The notes under the pieces were generated by a model. That model made no database searches, had not been told where the DNA came from, and saw only the letters and a list, made by a program, of their open reading frames with translations. A program made the position numbers and the translations under genes. 44,800 nt of DNA from Nemertoderma westbladi (taxonomy: Eukaryota > Animalia > Xenacoelomorpha): assembly GCA_032718475.1 (NCBI GenBank), contig JAUCBJ010003566.1, positions 1 through 44,800 on the forward strand, written 5' to 3'. This document shows, piece by piece, positions 33,031 to 44,800 of the stretch (position 1 is the first letter of the stretch; each line of letters starts with the position of its first letter).

Positions 33031-33473
33031 AAAATCCACCCGTCAAACCTAGATTAAAAATACTGACAAGCATATAAAACATATACACTCCAAAATCGCA
33101 AAATCTACTAACGGCGTCTTATCATCTGCATCATATTTTCCCGATAAAAATAATTTCTAATTAGCCTGTTTATTTCACTTTATTAAATCCGTACCTGAAC
33201 TACGGCAACGAATCTCATGTATGTAAAAATATTGACCCCCCCAGTTGCAATGGAGTTCGTGCAGTTGGGCTACACTAGATCTGCTATTAATTGCCCGACT
33301 ATGCGGCATTAAATATATACCGGTATATCGTTTCTTGTTACATTAGTATCTTCGCGCAATAAAACAATATAATGCCAATACTGTTATTATTCTAGAATGA
33401 ATCATTATTAGCAAATAAATCGATTTAATGACAATATAAATAAATTACCAACAAATAACTAAACATGAATAAC

Positions 33474-33744
33474 AAGTACGTGGGGACTTCGCGCAGCACG
33501 TGAGTCTAGATGAGCCTTTACTTTACAGGTAAAGGTCGAGGTACAATTAGTGGACCTAGACCTGGTTGACAGATGAACTATAGAAGGAAGTCTGCCTGAG
33601 TGTAGAATTTCTAAACATTTTTCATCAAAGATTGACTGATTTATTGGCATTCAAATATTTTCGACAACTACCACGCGCAGCACGGGTCCAATAATTGTAC
33701 ATCTACGCAAAGGCGAACCTGGACTTACGTGGCTCGCCCCACAA
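33474..33744 (-). mobile_element. Related DINE-1/Helentron-like element with a different interior
   Basis: Minus strand begins tgtggggcgagccacg and ends cgtgctgcgcga..ccccacg, the same ends as 37324-37617. Confidence 0.55.
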
Positions 33745-34524
33745 CTGCATCAAAATAAATCAGACGACATATACGATTGACATTCCTTTTGAAATAACAA
33801 ACAAACTCTTTAATGCAATATGGAGTAATTATATATGGCTCTGAAGGAAATGTGATAAATTATGGATTTCCTTTAAAATTATTTTAAATAATTAAATTAA
33901 ACTGATTTAGAAAAAAAAACTACTTAACTTTGCTATTTTTTTTTTGTTTTTTAGTAAATCTCCAATATGAATAGAGCATTACCTGATCGTCAGGATTCGA
34001 ATAGTAAATTCCTGATTGTGACACTGACATTCCAAATTAGTGGAATAATTTTGCCACATTTAGGCCCAAATGTTAACAACGGTAGCCTAGTGTTTCATAG
34101 GGAATAAAGTATTTTGTTTTTGTAAAAAGAAACCATTATATCCGGTAGCGAAATATGCCAAATGGATATTAAACAGTTCTCAGTTAAAGTGTGTGTGATA
34201 CTCAGAATAACTCTCATCAGAGTGCCGATGTAGGCTACCAAGCTGCTGGTGTTTACTACTGTTTAAACCATAATAAATGGATCCGATTCCAACCACATAT
34301 GATATAGCCCTACATAAAATAATTTCATACAACATACATCCAAATCCAAAGCAGACAAAGTCTAACTAATCGATATAATAACATAACAGTCTGGCAGTAC
34401 AGCAGTAGGCTATCGTGGTTGGTAGTCTAGTCACATCGGAAATCAAGGAATGTCAATGAATAAGGTAAAACAATTATTACTACGACTAAATCCTACCGGC
34501 AGCAGGCAGACCGGTAACAATAAC

Positions 34525-34875
34525 TTATTTGTTGAAGTTTCGGTGGAGAGATATCTGTACGTTCATAACGAGATCGATTAGTTTGGATATCACTTCCTCG
34601 CTCTTCTCCTTCACCTGGTGGTCCATCTCCTGGATCTGTCGATCTGTTTGCTCTTGTATTTGGCGTTGGACTTCCTCTTTGGACCCCATATGCTTTTTCT
34701 CGTGCTCTCGGTACTGTTGTTCGCGCTCCTCGTTGTATTTCTTCACTTCCGCCTGTGCCTCCTCTTTCGCTTGTTTCAGCCGTCGTCCTTTCTTCTTTCT
34801 CGCTTCCGCTACTTTCTCGGCCGCTCGCTTTTCCGCTGCTAATAGCTGCTGAATCCCCTGAGTCTGGGACGCCAT
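34525..34875 (-). CDS. ATP6V1G: V-type proton ATPase subunit G, intronless CDS, 116 aa
   Basis: [43 protein letters not shown]...HMGS...LHRNF is the canonical animal subunit G sequence, full length. Confidence 0.98.
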   Translation of the reverse strand: MASQTQGIQQLLAAEKRAAEKVAEARKKKGRRLKQAKEEAQAEVKKYNEEREQQYREHEKKHMGSKEEVQRQIQEQTDRQIQEMDHQVKEKSEEVISKLIDLVMNVQISLHRNFNK

Positions 34876-37323
34876 AATTCAGTGATTTGAATTTGCGAAA
34901 ACCGGTATGGCCTACCGAGGGCTGTAGCAGTAAGGTGTACGGGTACAGCGGTATCAGCAGATCAGGGTATGCTGGTATTTTACTACTGTCTGACTGTACT
35001 ACAGTGCTACCGGTACCCCTATAGCAGCACTACACACAGCAGCAGTAAAGCAGTAAAAAGGGAAAACTGTTGTCAGTTGTTGTCTGCAGTTTATAATATT
35101 ACTACTGAGTAGTAGAACTACCGGCGACGCACAAGGCCTACAAGGTACAGTAATTACGAAATTTTCGATATTTCACGAAAAAATTCTAATTTTAATAAAA
35201 ATAATGTATCAGTTTATTTATATCATCAGTAGCCTACTGTTTGATGTATTTTATTAAATACTGTATCAAGCGAATTTATACTTTTAAGGGGAGGGTGGTA
35301 CTGACTTTTAAATATTTGATTAATTTTTATAAATTAATTTTTTATTTTTTTTTCTACTGTATGTCATCTTACAGTCAACAGTCTTAGAGTACACCATGTC
35401 CCGTAATATAGTGTAATAATACCCCCCCCCCCCCCCCCCTCAGATTTTTCTACAAATCTTTATCATATTGCTTGAAATTTGAAACACAACTAGTTCCACT
35501 CACCGTCGATGACCCCATGAAGCCGGAATTTTCGATTTTGCCTTTAAATTTTTTTTATAAGCGTTTTAAAAAAGTGTCTTTTGCGAAATCGCACCCTCTG
35601 TATCGTAGCCATTCTTCACATTAGTCGTAATTTTTTCATATCATTAAAAAGCTTGCGTTGCAAGGATTCCAAATATGTAACAATATCTGAATTTCGTTGA
35701 GAAACAGCTGAGATATATGAGATCTGAGGAATGTGAAAATAATTAAATTAGTCTGTTTGGTAAATATGTTGATAAAATGCAGACATGGTACGTAAATGTC
35801 AGATTTGTAATCGGACAATAATTTTTTCGGAATTTTAACTATTTAATTATAACTTTTTGGGGGAATTTTTAGGATTTGGCTATTCTGTTATTGACGAAAA
35901 TAACTAAAAAGTACAGTAACTACTGAAAAGTAGTTTAAGTGGAAAGTGTTGCTGAATAGAAAAGATTCGGAAGAGAAGATCAAAGAAAAATTAATTTCAA
36001 ATTATTAGACAGTTAGGTGGATTTTGGTTTTAATGTGGTCTTATTCAATGAATAACTCGATACGTCGTTGTTCATAAAATAGCCCTTTATAGGCCTAGAG
36101 TTTTGACACGAGTGTGTTGTTTCCCGAGCGACAGCGAGAGAAATAACAAAACGAGGGCCGTAATAGTTATTTATTACATGGAGAAAAAAGTGGAACTTTT
36201 TTTCGTTATTCTCGATGAGGCATTTCATCTACCGAGCGCTAGGGAGGTTAACAAAGGTTCGAGAGAATATTTTAAAAAATGTTCTACGTCTTTTTCCCCA
36301 TGTAATAATACGTAATTTTCTTTTAAATTGGTACTTTTTTGTTGCTTATATGTAATTCTTCAATAAAACATAGAAAGATGTAGTGATAGAAAATAAATTG
36401 AACTGTAGTATTAAACTATATTGCTTCCATAGTTTCTGCGATTCAAATTATTGGACTCTTCAACTCCTAGTGCTGCCTTACTCAATGTTCAATAATTTAG
36501 TGTTTACGAATATTTATTACGTAACTAGAGAGCCGCTTAACTACATAAACCAATATTGGATATTGAGTTCCGTTTTGGAGTTCGCCTTGCAGACACTAAA
36601 GTTGCAATAACTTTTGAGTGTGTGAATGGATTTTGCTCAAATTACTTGCAAACCTTTTATATGTCGAGCTCTTTCAACACATTAAATAAAATTTAAGAAA
36701 TTCCACCAAAAATATTTTTATTTACTTTTTCGCCGGGAAGAAAGTAAAAGCAGCAATCATTTTTTTCATCATCCTATGGGTTACTTTGCGGCGGCCTTGA
36801 AAGTTCAAACAACTATTATTGAGTATTCTAGGCATATGCTCAAGTTAGGTGATTGTCGATTCGCCCCTAAACTTATGTAATCTATGTATTATTGATTGGA
36901 TTAAAATAAAAAAATGTATTTAATTGGTACAAATATTTGGTTGAATTAAATTTTGAATTAAAAAAACTATTCCGTAAAAATATAACTATTTAAGTGGAGT
37001 GGCAAAAAAAGTAGGTTTTTTTGTAGAGCGAAAGCAAGACAACAAATGTTACTTTTTGCCACTCTTCTCACTTTTATCTGGACCTATTTTTAGGTATAAA
37101 TATCGTCCATCGAAGTGTCTTCCATAGAAAAATACCGTTATATAAAGCGAAATAGCAAAACAGGGTCTGTAATATAGGCCCTCTATTATGATATTTATAG
37201 TATTCTAGAATATTAAGTAACCTGTGGATACAATAAGCGCTATCTATTTAAATGTAATTATTATTAATGTCATGGAAATTACGTTTAAATTTGAATCGAA
37301 CATAACTTTTGTTGACAAAGAAG

Positions 37324-37617
37324 TGTGGGGCGAGCCACGCAGTCAGGGTGAGCCTTAGCGCACAATTATAATTAGTAAATAGGGCAAAATTTCATGTCCG
37401 TCTGTCTGTCTGTCCGTCCGACTGTAACGAAAAATTCATTCGTAAATAACTTTTGAAGATTTTAACCATTTTCAACCAGATTTTATATGGGCATACTAGA
37501 GAAAAAGTTCTTGAAAGTTACGGGCAAATACCTCTCGAACTTTTGACCCCAGATCAAATCGAACTTGTTTCGAACTTGCTCAAGTTCGCGTGCTGCGCGA
37601 CGCCCCACGAACGTGTT
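37324..37617 (+). mobile_element. DINE-1/Helentron-like non-autonomous element, copy 2
   Basis: gtggggcg...cgccccac inverted motif, (GTCY)n tract, and long identity to 23011-23301. Confidence 0.7.
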
Positions 37618-37958
37618 CTTAGGTATTGCTGTATTTCCAATTCATCACATCCCGTAAAGCCTTTCAGCTTATTTCCAAAATCGGCGTTATGTTTCAAAAA
37701 TTTATGATAATTACTACGATATTTTTTGGTTACAAATAATATAAATAATCTACTGTATACTAACCTAAAACTGCTATAATAATTAATTAATTACAGAAAT
37801 AAATATCACAACTTCACAATAAATGAATAAAAACCTAATGACTTACACACATAGGCCTACGCGAATAAAATCTACTGTAGGCCCGATTACTATTTACAAT
37901 GCAAAAATTAATTATCAAATTTACTGTATTCACTACGAACTTTAGGCCTCTATAAGGT

Positions 37959-38210
37959 TTAAAGACTGTAATCACTGATTTCTGTGTATCTCCCTAATGT
38001 AGCAGTTGAGAGTGAAGTTGATTCTATTGCACCATGGTCCTGCAGACATCGCCTTAAACTATTGTAACTGCCGCCAACACTTTGGGGAGTCTTCAGCCCG
38101 CCACTAGGGTGGTTCATGAGGAAGTCTCCATCCAAGAAGGCCAGTCTGGACATGATGAATGCGTGGAGGGAATACAAAACGCATTGAAGGTTGCCAGGAA
38201 ATTCGACAAT
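37959..38210 (-). CDS. SNTG: Gamma-syntrophin-like, terminal exon (end of SU domain plus tail)
   Basis: Acceptor ttttttatAG at 38212-38211, phase 0. IVEFPGNLQCVLYSLHAFIMSRLAFLDGDF resembles the gamma-syntrophin EF..L..VL..IHSFI.AK.A..D..F motif. Confidence 0.78.
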   Translation of the reverse strand: MVEFPGNLQCVLYSLHAFIMSRLAFLDGDFLMNHPSGGLKTPQSVGGSYNSLRRCLQDHGAIESTSLSTATLGRYTEISDYSL

Positions 38211-38226
38211 CTATAAAAAAAAGTAT

Positions 38227-38790
38227 AATATGGGTGGTGTACACGCACACTACATGTAATATGGGTGGTGTACACGCACACTACATGTAATATGGGTGGT
38301 GTACACGCACACTACATGTAATATGGGTGGTGTACACGCACACTACATGTAATATGGGTGGTGTACACGCACACTACATGTAATATGGGTGGTGTACACG
38401 CACACTACATGTAATATGGGTGGTGTACACGCACACTACATGTAATATGGGTGGTGTACACGCACACTACATGTAATATGGGTGGTGTACACGCACACTA
38501 CATGTAATATGGGTGGTGTACACGCACACTACATGTAATATGGGTGGTGTACACGCACACTACATGTAATATGGGTGGTGTACACGCACACTACATGTAA
38601 TATGGGTGGTGTACACGCACACTACATGTAATATGGGTGGTGTACACGCACACTACATGTAATATGGGTGGTGTACACGCACACTACATGTAATATGGAT
38701 GGTGTACACGCACACTACATGTAATATGGGTGGTGTACACGCACACTACATGTAATATGGGTGGTGTACACGCACACTACATGTAATATG
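38227..38790. repeat. Minisatellite, 31-bp unit, about 18 nearly identical copies, in the last syntrophin intron
   Basis: Unit aatatgggtggtgtacacgcacactacatgt. Confidence 0.98.
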
Positions 38791-39162
38791 TGTGGACAAA
38801 GGAAAATTAAAAAAATATATTTAAATAGCAATAAATAATACATATTTAAGTGGGGTGGAGAAAAAAGTAGACTTTTTTTCGACCGATATTATTTGGCGAG
38901 AGTAGCGAGACAATATGACGATTTGTTTAAACACCAGTAGGTACTACTACAGTACTGGTGTTTAAAAACAGTCAAGTCTACCTAATGCTACTAACTCTAC
39001 CTAAGTGCTTATCCTAATTTAAAAATTAGTGTTTGTTGTAGGGCAGGGCCTACTAAATTCATTGTGCTCATGCTCACATAGTATATAGTCAGTCAGTCCT
39101 TGTCAATGTCAACTATAAATAACTACTGTTGAAATTAATGTAATAATAATTCAATAAACGAC

Positions 39163-39354
39163 CTCTGTTATTACTGGTCGGTTCTGTGGCTGAAATCGTA
39201 AAGTTAATCGGTTTGCCCCGTCATCTGAACTTCCAGACAGTTGGTGTAGACGGTAGAGTTTGCAGTCGTTATCCGATTCTAGAATAATTCCTCGCGTTAC
39301 ATCGATAGTCAATAAACAAGGAGAAAGGTTCCACAAACATTCGTAACTTATAGC
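39163..39354 (-). CDS. SNTG: Gamma-syntrophin-like, penultimate exon (SU domain)
   Basis: AISYECLWNLSPCLLTIDVTRGI...QLSGSSDDGANRLTLRFQ contains the QL.GSSDDG..R..L.FQ syntrophin signature. ttttAG acceptor and GT donor at 39162, phase 0 on both sides. Confidence 0.8.
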
Positions 39355-39626
39355 CTAAAATGTTATTATATTTAATTTAAAAAAGCGAGTAATTCGTTTA
39401 CCGGTACTCAAATAAATTATCGCTTAAAATTATGTTTAGATGTTTTCATATTCAATATTTTATACTATTTATTGGGATATCAACTTATTTAATTTTTAAT
39501 TCATATATTACGTAGTTTCAGTCGTATTAACTAAGTCAGTCTTGGATTCAATTAGTTATAGACATTATTTTATTTGTCCACTACGTCTACATTACTACCG
39601 GTAGTGGACTATATGTGCTTTACCTT

Positions 39627-42600
39627 ACTGTCCACGTACCTACAGTACCTTACTGCGGTGTACCAGAGAGTAGGTCCCTGTACCTACCTTACGGCGGTGT
39701 ACCAGACAGTAGGTCCCTGTACCTACCTTACTGCGGTGTACCAGACAGTAGGTCCTGTACCTACCTTACGGCGGTGTACCAGACAGTAGGTCCACGTACC
39801 TACCTCACTGCGGTGTACCAGACAGTAGGTCCCTGTACCTACTTTACTGCGGTGTACCAGACAGTAGGTCCCTGTACCTACCTCACTGCGGTGTACCAGA
39901 CAGTAGGTCCCTGTACCTACCTTACTGCGGTGTACCAGACAGTAGGTCCACGTACCTACCTTACTGCGGTGTACCAGACAGTAGGTCCCTGTACCTACCT
40001 TACTGCGGTGTACCAGACAGTAGGTCCCTGTACCTACTTTACTGCGGTGTACCAGACAGTAGGTCCCTGTACCTACCTTACGGCGGTGTACCAGACAGTA
40101 GGTCCACGTACCTACCTCACTGCGGTGTACCAGACAGTAGGTCCCTGTACCTACTTTACTGCGGTGTACCAGACAGTAGGTCCCTGTACCTACCTCACTG
40201 CGGTGTACCAGACAGTAGGTCGCTGTACCTACTTTACTGCGGTGTACCAGACAGTAGGTCCAAGTACCTACCTCACTGCGGTGTACCAGACAGTAGGTCC
40301 CTGTACCTACCTTACGGCGGTGTACCAGACAGTAGGTCCACGTACCTACCTCACTGCGGTATACCAGACAGTAGGTCCCTGTACCTACTTTACTGCGGTG
40401 TACCAGACAGTAGGTCCCTGTACCTACCTCACTGCAGTGTACCAGACAGTAGGTCCCTGTACCTACCTTACGGCGGTGCACCAGACAGTAGGTCCACCTA
40501 CCTACCTTACTGCGGTGTACCAGACAGTAGGTCCCTGTACTTACCTTACGGCGGTGTACCAGACAGTAGGTCCACCTACCTACCTTACGGCGGTGTACCA
40601 GACAGTAGGTCCACGAACCTACCTCACTGCGGTGTACCAGACAGTAGGTCCCTGTACCTACCTCACTGCGGTGTACCAGACAGTAGGTCCCTGTACCTAC
40701 CTTACGGCGGTGTACCAGACAGTAGGTCCACCCACCTACTTTACTGCGGTGTACCAGACAGTAGGTCCCTGTACCTACCTCACTGCGGTGTACCAGACAG
40801 TAGGTCCCTGTACCTACCTTACGGCGGTGTACCAGACAGTAGGTCCACCTACCTACCTTACTGCGGTGTACCAGACAGTAGGTCCCTGTACCTACCTTAC
40901 GGCGGTGTACCAGACAGTAGGTCCACCTACCTACCTTACGGCGGTGTACCAGACAGTAGGTCCACGAACCTACCTCACTGCGGTGTACCAGACAGTAGGT
41001 CCCTGTACCTACCTTATGGCGGTGTACCAGACAGTAGGTCCACGTACCTACCTTACTGCGGTGCACCAGACAATAGGTCCCTGTACCTACCTTACTGCGG
41101 TGTACCAGACAGTAGGTCCACGTACCTACCTTACTGCGGTGTACCAGACAGTAGGTCCCTGTACCTACCTTACTGCGGTGTACCAGACAGTAGGTCCCTG
41201 TACCTACCTTACTGCGGTGTACCAGACAGTAGGTCCACGTACCTACCTTACTGCGGTGTACCAGACAGAAGGTCCCTGTACCTACCTTACTGCGGTGTAC
41301 CACACAGTAGGTCCACGTACCTACCTTACTGCGGTGTACCAGACAGTAGGACCACGTACCTACCTAACTGCGGTGTACCAGACAGTAGGTCCCTGTACCT
41401 ACCTCAATGCGGTGTACCAGACAGTAGGTCCACGTACCTACCTTACTGCGGTGTACCAGACAGTAGGTCCACCTATCTACCTTACTGTGGTGTACCAGAC
41501 AGTAGGTCCCTGTACCTACCTTACTGCGGTGTACCAGACAGTAGGTCCCTGTACCTACCCTTACTGCGGTGTACCAGACAGTAGGTCCACGTACCTACAG
41601 TACCTCACTGCGGTGTACCATACCGTAGATCCACGTACCTACCTTACTGTGGTGTACCAGACAGTAGGTCCACGTACCTACAGTACCTCACTGCGGTATA
41701 CCATACCGTAGATCCACGTACCTACCTTACTGCGGTGTACCAGACAGTAGGTCCACGTACCTACCTCACTGCGGTGTACCAGACAGTAGGTCTACGTACC
41801 TACCTTACTGCGGTGTACCAGACAGTAGGTCCCTGTACCTACCTTACTGCGGTGTACCAGACAGTAGGTCCACGTACCTACCTTACTGCGGTGTACCAGA
41901 CAGTAGGTCCACGTACCTACCTTACTGCGGTGTACCAGACAGTAGGTCCCTGTACCTACCTTACTGCGGTGTACCAGACAGTAGGTCCACGTACCTACCT
42001 TACTGCGGTGTACCAGACAGTAGGTCCCTGTATCTACCTTACTGCGGTGTACCATACAGTAGGTCCCTGTACCTACCTTACTGCGGTGTACCAGACAGTA
42101 GGTCCACGTACCCACCTTACTGCGGTGTACCAGACAGTAGGTCCCTGTACCTACCTTACTGCGGTGTACCAGACAGTAGGTCCCTGTACCTACCTTACTG
42201 CGGTGTACCAGACAGTAGGTACACGTACCTACCTTACTGCGGTGTACCAGGCAGTAGGTCCCTGTACCTACCTCACTGCGGTGTACCAGACAGTAGGTCC
42301 ACGTACCTACCTTACTGCGGTGTACCAGACAGTAGGTTCCTGTACCTACCTTACTGCGGTGTACCAGACAGTAGGTCCCTGTACCTACCTTACTGCGGTG
42401 CACCAGACAGTAGGTCCACGTACCTACCTTACTGCGGTGTATCAGACAGTAGGTCACTGTACCTACCTTACTGCGGTGTACCAGACAGTAGGTCACTGTA
42501 CCTACTTTACTGCGGTGTACCAGACAGTAGGTCCCTGTACCTACCTCACTGCGGTGTACCAGACAGTAGGTCCCTGTACCTACTTTACTGCGGTGTACCA

Positions 42601-44765
42601 GACAGTAGGTCCCTGTACCTACCTCACTACGGTGTACCAGACAGTAGGTCCCTGTACCTACCTTACGGCGGTGTACCAGACAGTAGGTCCACGTACCTAC
42701 CTCACTGCGGTATACCAGACAGTAGGTCCCTGTACCTACTTTACTGCGGTGTACCAGACAGTAGGTCCCTGTACCTACCTCACTGCGGTGTACCAGACAG
42801 TAGGTCCCTGTACCTACCTTACGGCGGTGTACCAGACAGTAGGTCCACCTACCTACCTTACTGCGGTGTACCAGACAGTAGGTCCCTGTACTTACCTTAC
42901 GGCGGTGTACCAGACAGTAGGTCCACCTACCTACCTTACGGCGGTGTACCAGACAGTAGGTCCACGAACCTACCTCACTGCGGTGTACCAGACAGTAGGT
43001 CCCTGTACCTACCTCACTGCGGTGTACCAGACAGTAGGTCCCTGTACCTACCTTACGGTGGTGTACCAGACAGTAGGTCCACCTACCTACTTTACTGCGG
43101 TGTACCAGACAGTAGGTCCCTGTACCTACCTCACTGCGGTGTACCAGACAGTAGGTCCCTGTACCTACCTTACGGCGGTGAACCAGACAGTAGGTCCACC
43201 TACCTACCTTACTGCGGTGTACCAGACAGTAGGTCCCTGTACCTACCTTACGGCGGTGTACCAGACAGTAGGTCCACCTACCTACCTTACGGCGGTGTAC
43301 CAGACAGTAGGTCCACGAACCTACCTCACTGCGGTGTACCAGACAGTAGGTCCCTGTACCTACCTCACTACGGTGTACCAGACAGTAGGTCCACGTACCT
43401 ACCTTACGGCGGTGTACCAGACAGTAGGTCCCTGTACCTACCTTACTGCGGTGTACCAGACAGTAGGTCCCTGTACCTACCTTACGGCGGTGTACCAGAC
43501 AGTAGGTCCACGTACCTACCTTACTGCGGTGTACCAGACAGTAGGTCCCTGTACCTACCTTACTGCGGTGTACCAGACAGTAGGTCCACGTACCTACCTT
43601 ACTGCGGTGTACCAGACAGTAGGTCCACATACCTACCTCACTGCCGTGTACCAGACAGTAGGTCCACGTACCTACCTTACTGCGGTGTACCAGACAGTAG
43701 GTCCCTGTACCTACCTTACTGCGGTGTACCAGACAGTAGGTCCACGTACCTACCTTACTGCGGTGTACCAGACAGTAGGTCCCGGTACCTACCTTACTGC
43801 GGTGTACCAGACAGTAGGTCCACGTACCTACCTTACTGCGGTGTACCAGACAGTAGGACCACGTACTTACCTAACTGCGGTGTACCAGACAGTAGGTCCC
43901 TGTACCTACCTCACTGCGGTGTACCAGGCAGTAGGTCCACGTACCTACCTTACTGCGGTGTACCAGACAGTAGGTCCACGTACCTACCTTACTGCGGTGT
44001 ACCAGACAGTAGGTCCACGTACCTACAGTACCTCACTGCGGTGTACCATACCGTAGATCCACGTACCTACCTTACTGTGGTGTACCAGACAGTAGGTCCC
44101 TGTACCTACCTTACTGCGGTGTACCAGACAGTAGGTCCCTGTACCTACCCTTACTGCGGTGTACCAGACAGTAGGTCCACGTACCTACAGTACCTCACTG
44201 CGGTGTACCATACCGTAGATCCACGTACCTACCTTACTGTGGTGTACCAGACAGTAGGTCCACGTACCTACAGTACCTCACTGCGGTATACCATACCGTA
44301 GATCCACGTACCTACCTTACTGCGGTGTACCAGACAGTAGGTCCACGTACCTACCTCACTGCGGTGTACCAGACAGTAGGTCCACGTACCTACCTTACTG
44401 CGGTGTACCAGACAGTAGGTCCCTGTACCTACCTTACTGCGGTGTACCAGACAGTAGGTCCACGTACCTACCTTACTGCGGTGTACCAGACATTAGGTCC
44501 ACGTACCTACCTTACTGCGGTGTACCAGACAGTAGGTCCCTGTACCTACCTTACTGCGGTGTACCAGACAGTAGGTCCACGTACCTACCTTACTGCGGTG
44601 TACCAAACAGTAGGTCCCTGTATCTACCATACTGCGGTGTACCATACAGTAGGTCCCTGTACCTACCTTACTGCGGTGTACCAGACAGTAGGTCCACGCA
44701 CCCACCTTACTGCGGTGTACCAGAGAGTAGGTCCCTGTACCTACCTTACTGCGGTGTATCAGACA
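39627..44765. repeat. Satellite, 39-bp unit, about 130 copies, probably intronic to syntrophin
   Basis: Unit acctaccttactgcggtgtaccagacagtaggtccctgt; 13-aa periodicity in the ORF track. Confidence 0.98.
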
Positions 44766-44800
44766 GATGTAGGGTGCGTGGTCAAAATGACTCCAGTCAG

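Noticed and set aside
39615-44705. 500-770 aa repeat ORFs on both strands
   Set aside because: Translation of the 39-bp satellite; open on both strands and broken by indels.
3978-44765. CRISPR-like arrays
   Set aside because: All arrays are head-to-tail tandem repeats without unique spacers; no cas genes; eukaryotic context.

Overview
AT-rich, repeat-dense eukaryotic (most likely invertebrate animal) genomic DNA; the species cannot be determined from sequence alone. Host genes are all on the minus strand: three phase-compatible 5' coding exons of a GATAD2/p66 gene, an intronless V-ATPase subunit G CDS, and the last two exons of a gamma-syntrophin. The most notable structure is a 7,674-bp DNA transposon (6617-14290) with 22-bp TIRs and a perfect 8-bp TSD (CAATTTTT). 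It encodes two intact intronless ORFs: a KDZ (Kyakuja-Dileera-Zisupton)-type transposase and a DUF3987/YfjI-type AAA+ helicase-like protein of a family known mainly from phages and prokaryotic mobile elements. Inside the TIRs are inverted telomere-like (TTTGGGA-based) arrays and an 84-bp tandem array. The 84-bp unit is a boxed motif that recurs at nine dispersed sites in the window, including next to solo copies of the transposon terminus and next to three satellites. The element is nested in an older MITE, apparently within a large GATAD2 intron. Also present are a frameshifted Ty3/Gypsy gag with LTR and PBS, several MITEs, DINE-1/Helentron-like elements, LINE relics and five further satellites (43, 23, 34, 31 and 39 bp units) that explain the long spurious ORFs. 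All protein family calls come from motif recognition by eye, not database searches.
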